Shown: in pieces, positions 35,150 to 42,325 of the stretch
How the letters are laid out: the number at the start of each line of letters is the position of its first letter
How positions within the stretch are numbered: the first letter of the stretch is position 1
Source: Malacoraja senta
Taxonomy: Eukaryota
Length of the DNA stretch: 42,325 bases
Direction of reading: 5' to 3'
Assembly (NCBI GenBank): GCA_038087875.1
Contig: JAXLNO010000223.1
Location: forward strand, 1 to 42,325
Position numbers and translations under genes: made by a program
The notes under the pieces: generated by a model
Told to the model about the DNA's origin: nothing
What the model saw: only the letters and a program-made list of their open reading frames with translations
Databases searched by the model: none

Positions 35150-35286
35150 TCGCAGTCTGAGGAATGGTCTCAACCCGAAACGTCACCTATTCCTTTTGCA
35201 CAGAGATGCTGCCTGTCCCTCTGAGTTACTCCAGCATTTTGGGCCTATCTTCGGTGTAAACCAGCATCTGCAGTTCCTTCTTACAG
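35150..35286 (+). mobile_element. Penelope-like terminal repeat fragment
   Basis: GTCTGAGGAATGGTCTCAACCCGAAACGTCACC plus family tail. Confidence 0.82.
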
Positions 35287-35314
35287 ATTCTGGAATAGTT
35301 CAGCGATACTTCAT

Positions 35315-35630
35315 GTAAACAGCCCCTTCAGCCCCTCAAGTCCACGCCGACTATCGATCACCCACTTCACACTAGTTCCATGTCCTTTGCACTTGGGTAC
35401 AATTTATAGAAGACAATTAACCTTCGTACCCGCACATCTTAGGGATGTGGAGGAAACCGGAGAACACCCACGCGGTCACACAGTGAGTTGAAACAATGTG
35501 TTGGGAGTAACTCAGCGGGTCAGGCAGCACCTCTAGAGAAAAAGGATGGGTGACAACTTTTCGGGTCAGGCCCCTTCTTCAGATTGTCACAGGGACAATG
35601 TATAAACTCCATACAGGCAGAATCCGGGGC
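35315..35630 (-). mobile_element. HE1-like SINE interrupted by a Penelope-like repeat (~35495-35584)
   Basis: The SINE core breaks at GGTCACA and resumes at GTCACAGGG. Confidence 0.75.
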
Positions 35631-37624
35631 CAATGTGCAAAATGCTTGCCTTTTTTAATTGAATGTGTGCTTTTCACTGCTGTGTTTCCATTACCGGGCA
35701 GAAATGAGTAAAAACTGGAATTGAAACAATATGAACAGTTACTGCACGGTTACTCCCTGGAAACCCGGCACCTTGCCAGAATTCCCCAAATTTTCAGCGA
35801 AGGTGACAAGCTTTGTAAATCATTCGCTGCTTACGATTAATTGGTTTTGGGTGGTAAGTACAACATTTATCACCCAATCCCAATTGCAGAGCCACACTGC
35901 AAAGATGTACAGGTTTGTTGGTTAATTGGCTTCGGAAAAAAAATTAATAATAATTGTAAATTGTCCCTAGTGTACGGGGTGACCGCTGGTCAGCGCAGAC
36001 TCGGTGGGCCAAAGGGCCCGTTTTCCACGCTGTATCCCGAAAGTCTAAACTTTGGAAAATACTCCCACTAAATACTCCTCCTTTACAAATGCAAAATAAT
36101 AGGGAAAGAAAATGCCTTTCACCTGGAGGAAACTCTCAAACATTCATCAATAAGTTTCCATAAAGCGGGAAGATCATGAACAAATTGTACAATTAGAATC
36201 CGTATTGCAATGTGTTGTGATAAATAGTGTGTCTGGTTTAGATTTCATGCATCAGATTAATGCAGCAGTGGGGTTTTGTTCAAATTGATGAATACATTTT
36301 AAGTGGCTGTGTTTACATGTGCTAGATATGTCAATTTGAATTTACGCTGCTTTATTTTTATCATGGATCAAACGTAATCAGGCATGGATGAGTGCCCTTA
36401 ACTAGGATAATCCAAATAGATTTAGTGGATTATTCTAGCACATTAATTTAGCACTTCAAAATGCTTACATGCAGGTAATTTGAATTGAAATTGTGTGGAC
36501 TGTATTTTAGAGACCGTCTGTGTCAACAATAAATGACGGGAAATCTTGGCTTTTAACAAAAAATTACACAAGTACATATTGATTATATCTATTAGAAATC
36601 TCCCGTTGAAAGCACTCTTGAGTTATTGGAAATGTATTGTAATAATGCATTGTACTGCACACTCTGCTGCCTTCATTTTATTGCATACTGCTGCATTCAT
36701 CAAATTGCATCTTGTGCCGTATTATTCTCGATGAATTGTGTTGAATTGGCTGTGGGACTGTGCAGATGTTTCTCATCTGTGTCAGCGAGACCAGTAATGT
36801 GCCTCAGTAATTTAATAAGTGTTAGTCTATAGGTTACAGGAGGTTATACAGTAAACCAATCCACCCTTCATTAAGAACGGATGCAGTTAATGTGGCATTA
36901 GTTATCCCATGCATGCACGGTACTTTGGCAAAGCAAAGAGCTGTAACAAACTACGAATCCTTCCAGAAAATGGCCTCTCTCTGCAGCACTGCACCCCGTA
37001 TCAATTTCCACAACGCATTGGTTAGAGATAAAAAGCTACGCAGAAAAATATTGCACATCACCTCAAACAAACATTCAGGGGAATGTTTGTTAACGGAATT
37101 AATGAATGGCAATATTTCCATGCAAGTATATTTATTCAATCTCCATGATTCCATTACGTTCAACTGAGCAGTTAATTAAAACCCAAGAATTTTCTCAAGA
37201 ATAAACAATCCTACCTGCTATTTAATTTCGAAAGAGTTAATTATCAGCCAATTCTATATTTATCACCCAAATCCAATTATAGGGAATAGCTAATGATTTC
37301 TGAAACATATGACAAATGTATTAACTAGCCAGTAAGATCTGATAGAGCAACCATCATTCAGTTGGAGGCACTTAACTATGAGATTAAACATATTTCTATT
37401 TTCTTTCCTTTTATGTTAACCCCCCCCCCCCCCTCGCCTCTGTTGATGGCTTCCCCCTCTCCTCGATGTAGAAAGGAGGATAAATAGTTTGCTCTCAAAC
37501 ATCTGCCATTGGAATTTATACAAGAACAGTCCAAAAGCAGCTTAGCGTTACATGTTTATCTCCGTCCTGTGGGAAAACAACACTATTCCTCTTTTTCCCG
37601 CCCCCCCCCCCCCTACCCCCCCAA

Positions 37625-37725
37625 CATCAGACTGAAAAAGGGTCTCGACCCGAAACGTCGCTTATTCCTTCGCTCCATAGATGCTTCCTCACCCGCTGAG
37701 TTTCTCCAGCATTTTTTGTCTACCT
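37625..37725 (+). mobile_element. Penelope-like terminal repeat fragment
   Basis: CTGAAAAAGGGTCTCGACCCGAAACGTC. Confidence 0.85.
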
Positions 37726-37785
37726 ACTATTCCTTTTGGTGATGGTCTCTACTTGCCCGAGCAAGGATGATGAAGGATATGGAGG

Positions 37786-38565
37786 GGGGTCACAGTGGCA
37801 CAGCTGGTACAGCCACTGCCTCGCAGCGCCAGAGACCCAGGTTCGATCCTGACCTCGTGTACTGTCTGGGTGGAGTTTCCCTGTTCTTCCTGTGGCTGTG
37901 TGGGGTTCCTCTGAGTGCTCCAGTTTCATGAGTTCATAAGTCATTGGAGCAGAATTAGGCCATTTGGCCCATCGTGTCTTCTCTGCCATTCAATCATGGC
38001 TGATCTATCCTTCCCTCTCAAACCCGTTCTCCTGCCTTCTCCTCATAACCTTCGACACCCTTACTAATCAAGAACCTGTCAATCTCCGTTTTAAAAAAAA
38101 ACATTGACTTGGTTTCCTCAGCCGTCTGTGACAATGGATTCCACAGATTCACTAACCTCTGACTAAAGAAATTCCTCCTCATCTCTTTTCTAAAGGTACA
38201 TCTTTTTATTCTAAGGCTTTGCCCTCTGGTCCTGGACTCTCCCACTAGTAGAAAATCCCTCTCCACCTCCACTCTATCCAGGTCTTCAATCAAGTTTCAG
38301 CGAGGTCCCCCCCTCATCCTTCTAAACTCCAGCGAGTACAGGCCCAGTGCCGTCAAACGCTCATCATATGTTTCCTCCCACATCCCAAAGACGTGCGGGC
38401 TTGTAGGTTAATTGGCCTCTGGTAAATTTCCTTGTGTGTAGGGAGTGGATGAGAAAGTGGATATCATAGAAATAGTGTGAATGGGCAATCGCTGGCCAGC
38501 AGGGATCACCTGGTGGATTGGAGTGCCTGTTGCTATGCTGTATCTTTCAATCAATTCAACTCAAT
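37786..38565 (+). mobile_element. HE1-like SINE split by a minus-strand CR1 3' fragment (~37928-38368)
   Basis: The SINE breaks at GCTCCAGTTTC and resumes at GTTTCCTCCCACATCCCAAAGAC. The CR1 translates EMRRNFFSQRLVNLWNPL. Confidence 0.85.
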
Positions 38566-38807
38566 CATCTATGTCCCACGACATCAGCCAAGCCAGTAGG
38601 ACCATGGCACTTAATGGTAGAGTCTAGGACCAGAGGGCACAACCTCAGAATAAAAGGACATACTCGTAAAATGGAGATGCGGAGGAATCTCTTTAGCTAG
38701 GGGGTGGAGAATCTGTAGAATTCATTGCCACATATGGCAGTGGAGTCAGTCATTGGGTGTATTTATTGAAAGGTTCTTGATTAGTAAGGGCATCTTACTC
38801 ACTTACT

Positions 38808-39374
38808 CACCATCGCGGAGCTGGCCGAGTTCGGAACCGGAGGAGCTGTGGTGGCGCGCTGCTGCGGCCCGACCCCGGAGATTCGGAGGCTCCAGCCGCC
38901 GGCCCGGTGGACGATAACATCGGGAGCTCGCGGGTCCCTGGTGGGAGACCGCTTTTCGGAGCTCCCGCACCGGCAACTTCTCCCGCCCGAGTTGCGGGGT
39001 TGAAGATGACCTGGAGCGGGGCCTTACATCGCCCGGCGCGGCTTTAAATGGCCGCGGGACTTGCTAGCGCCCGCCGGGGGCTCCAACATCAAGACCCGGA
39101 GCGCGGCCTTGCATCGCCCGGCGCGGCTTTAATGGCCGCGGGACTTATTTACCATCGCCCGCCGGGGGCTTTGACTTTGACATCGGGAGGAGAATGGGGA
39201 GTGCAGGGGAGAGATAAGACTTTGCCTTCCATCACAGCGAGGAGGAGATTCACTGTGATGGATGTTTGTGTAAATTGTGTTGTGTCTTGGTTCTTTTTAC
39301 TTGTTTGTATGACTGCAGAAACCAAATTTCGTTTGAACTTTGGTTCAAATGACAACAAATAAATTGTATTGTAT
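38808..39374 (+). mobile_element. Non-autonomous GC-rich element, copy D (5'-truncated, internal ~85-bp tandem duplication)
   Basis: Hairpin 39229-39261; terminal TTTGAACTTTGGTTCAAA-TGACAAC-AAATAAA-(TTGTA)n. Confidence 0.72.
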
Positions 39375-40038
39375 GAAAGGTTCCAGGAAGAAGGCTTAAG
39401 AATGGATTTGAGTAGAAAAATAATTGGCCAAAATCAAATGGTGGAGCACACTCAATGGGCCAAATGGTCTAATTCTATTCCTATGTCTTATGGCAAGGGT
39501 TCCCAACCTGGGGTAAATTTGTTGATTCTGGATTTGCGCATATTTTTTCTCATTGACTGACTGTGTTTGGTTCTGGTATACTTGTATCTGTTCATCATTA
39601 ATTGTTCATAAATAAGTGAAATAACATTGTTATGTGCTATTAAAGTTGCCATGGGGAAACGGGATGAAAAAGGTTGGGAACCTCTGTCTTATGGCCGCAC
39701 AGCCTTGAGCTAATTCAGCAATGGAAGATGGCATTATATGAATCTTCTCCCTCAGCCAAAGATCTATATTTCAGATTGTAGGCATTGTAGGGTCGTAATT
39801 AGCTGAGCCATTGAATCAGACCTCTTGAGCGGGGTCAGACTGCAGGTCACAGGGGGAAGGCAGGAGAATGGGGTTGAGAGGGAAAGACAGATCAGCCGTG
39901 ATTGAATGGCGGAGCAGACTCGATGGGTTAAATGGCCTAATTCTGCTCCTATGTTTTATGGTCTTATAGTCTTATCAAACTACTCACTTATTATCTGCAT
40001 TCGACGTGTTCACCAGATCTGGTGTACTGTTTACAGAC

Positions 40039-40349
40039 GCTCTCCCCGTTGGATTGCAACCTTGTCGTGGTCGTGGAGCTTGTGTGTCTCAGTGACCCCT
40101 AGAGCTATGCCAGCGGGAGATTCGTCTCCTGTTAGGGTCTCCCATGCTGGACAGGTCGAAGGGTAGAGGCGAGCCGAAGAGCAATCCACTGGTCCTCCAG
40201 GTTGGAGGTTGAGCACAGGGCTAACAACCCTGTCTCGTAAAACAAATATGTTACGGAAACAGCAACTGAAGGAATCAACAGGTGTGGGGGGCCTTCGTTG
40301 CTGCCCTACATGCGAGGAGGCATAATAGGCAGTAAGTAAGTAAGTAGTA
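40039..40349 (+). mobile_element. Bipartite non-autonomous RTE-derived element with 10-bp TSD
   Basis: RTE/Expander-like 5' motif CCTTGTCGTGG...GAGCTATG...AGGGTCTCCCATG; 3' end GTTGCTGCCCTACATGC...(TAAG)n; GTTTACAGAC at 40029-40038 and 40350-40359. Confidence 0.8.
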
Positions 40350-41312
40350 GTTTACAGACCCTGGTACTTTTAACACAATCATAGTATAAAGAGGCCATTC
40401 ACACTTGTCCTGTTCTAGTTCTTTGAAATATCTAACCAACTGATTGTAACCCCCTCAATCTTTCTCCATAGCCTGCAAGATATTTCTATTAGTAGTATGT
40501 CATCCCATTCCCACCTGGAAGATACCACTGAGTTTTCCCACTACTTCATTGCTACGTTTCAGCTTCCAGACTTCAGGCTGTATCCAAAAGAGAGTTCTTC
40601 GAAAGAAAAACCACACCTTTCGCCAAATTGATAATAGCCAGCGGAGATCTTTGGCCCCCAAAATATTACAAAGCAGTTACTGTATCAGCAGGAATCCTTG
40701 TTCACCACCAACTCAGCCAAGCATCAAGCATGTGCACTCAGTTGCTGCGGTGTCTGCCTCGACCCAAAGGTTTGTAGATGCGTGGCACATCCAGAGTGCA
40801 GCGCATACAGCAGATGTCCCCCGGAGGTGCCAAGGCCATAGTTGTGGTCGATTTATAGTGGCGCAAGTGGTTGGCATGGCCCAGCTCCCCAACAAAAAAC
40901 TGGCAGCATTTAAAGCAAACCTTTCTCCCACGTGTGAAAAGCATCTTCGAAACTTACTCAGAGCGACTTGTCAGACCGCCACCCGAAGGCCTGTCGGTCG
41001 GTCGGTCGGTCGGTCGGCGTAACCGGGAGGGAGCTGGAGACGTCGGATGTGAGGGCCAGTAGGAGGGTGAACCAGGGTATTGCCTCCAGCTAGGTCGGGT
41101 GCAGGAGGCGTCCCCCGGGGCACAAAGATGGCAAGACCGGCCGAACGATCGTTGAATAAATGGCGCGCGCGTGTAAAATATGCAAGGAGAATGTCACTGT
41201 GCAGTTGCATACGAGACAAATAAAGCACGATCGGCCATTGAGAGGTCACACAAAGAGCCCTTTAGGAAGGTATTCCCTTCTTATTCAATAAGATTACTCA
41301 AGGTGAGGATAA

Positions 41313-41675
41313 AGGGCCTGTCCCACTTACGCGACCTTTACAGGCGACTGCCGGCACCCGTCATAGGTCGCCGAACCTTTCAACATGTTGAAAATTCAGC
41401 GGCCACCAGAAAGACGCTACGACTCTCTGGCGTCCTCTCACGACCATAGGAGACCTCTCACGACCATACGGGTGAACCCTGGCGACATGTTGCGGGCGAC
41501 CTCTCACGACCATAGGAGACCTCTCATGACCATACAGCCTATGGTCGTGAGAAGTTTCCAAAGAGTCGTAGTGTCTTTCTGGTCGCTGCTGAATTTTCAA
41601 CATGTTGAACATTTTCGGCGACCTATGACGGTGCCGGCAGTCGCCTGCAAAGGTCGCGTAAGTGGGACAGGCCCT
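41313..41675. mobile_element. PIF/Harbinger-type fold-back MITE
   Basis: TIR AGGGCCTGTCCCACTTACGCGACCTTT extends into ~115-bp near-perfect arms; flanks TAA and TTA. Confidence 0.92.
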
Positions 41676-42325
41676 TTAGTTCCCATTATTCCAACATTGA
41701 AGAAACCAGTGCAGCTCAGTGCATTGGGCCACATAGTGAGAGAATAATGGACACTTGTTTGATGCATGTTTTCCTTCAATCTCCGATTGACTCTTCACAT
41801 TTAGCTGGAAGATCAAGAGACCACGGTTATCCTCAAGCCCTTATACTTTGTCATTATTAAGCTCAGAAAAAAAAAAAGCACAGATGCCTGAGGGTTTGAA
41901 GAAGCGAGACAGTGTGCAGACAAAGACATTGCGAGGGGTCACCAGAGTGCGCATGTGTCGATGCCAATCCTTCTGCATTGGGTTTTCTTGAATGAACTTA
42001 TACTAAATAATCAATTGAAGGCAGCAGAATGAAGTGATATCATATTTAATGCATACAATCAATGAACTGTTTCTTTAAAAAAGATACATTCAACTATTAC
42101 TGACGAGCTAATGTTGGCAAAGGAGGATAAAATCCAGCTTTAGTGGGGAATGCTGCAAGCTAAAATCATTCAGGCTGATTAACTGGCTGTGACAAATTTT
42201 CATGATCCAGTGCTTTGATAGATATTACCACAGGGATTAGCAACAATGCAGCCTGAATTATCATTTAAAATGATCATGTACATGAATATGTATCTTCACA
42301 AAAATATCACAGATGAAATCAGGCA

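Noticed and set aside
40549..41022. 157-aa ORF
   Set aside because: Non-ATG start, no recognisable domain, and it ends in a microsatellite.

Overview
This window is eukaryotic. It is repeat-dense vertebrate DNA, most likely from a cartilaginous fish (skate or ray), inferred from its repeat families: HE1-like tRNA-derived SINEs with (TAAAC)n tails, elasmobranch-type CR1 LINEs and DeuSINE remnants. I found no intact host protein-coding gene, rRNA, true tRNA or CRISPR array. Most of the window is transposable elements: one 3.1-kb CR1 carrying a disrupted ORF2 (APE endonuclease + RT), many shorter CR1 pieces, about 18 SINEs, Rex1/Babar 3' fragments, a Penelope-like GIY-YIG remnant, about 15 short Penelope terminal-repeat pieces with hammerhead ribozyme cores, four PIF/Harbinger-type MITEs, a Tc1/mariner-type MITE, a bipartite RTE element and a probable Helitron carrying a 48-bp minisatellite. 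The most notable observations are: (i) a ~0.93-kb inverted duplication with the long CR1 inserted in one arm; (ii) four non-coding GC-rich elements that share two sequence-variable hairpins and have Rex1-like 3' ends; (iii) ~90-140-bp hammerhead-bearing inserts with 12-16-bp target-site duplications; (iv) a four-level nested insertion. All family names come from visual motif recognition with no database search, identity figures are rough hand counts, and the boundaries of degenerate copies are approximate.
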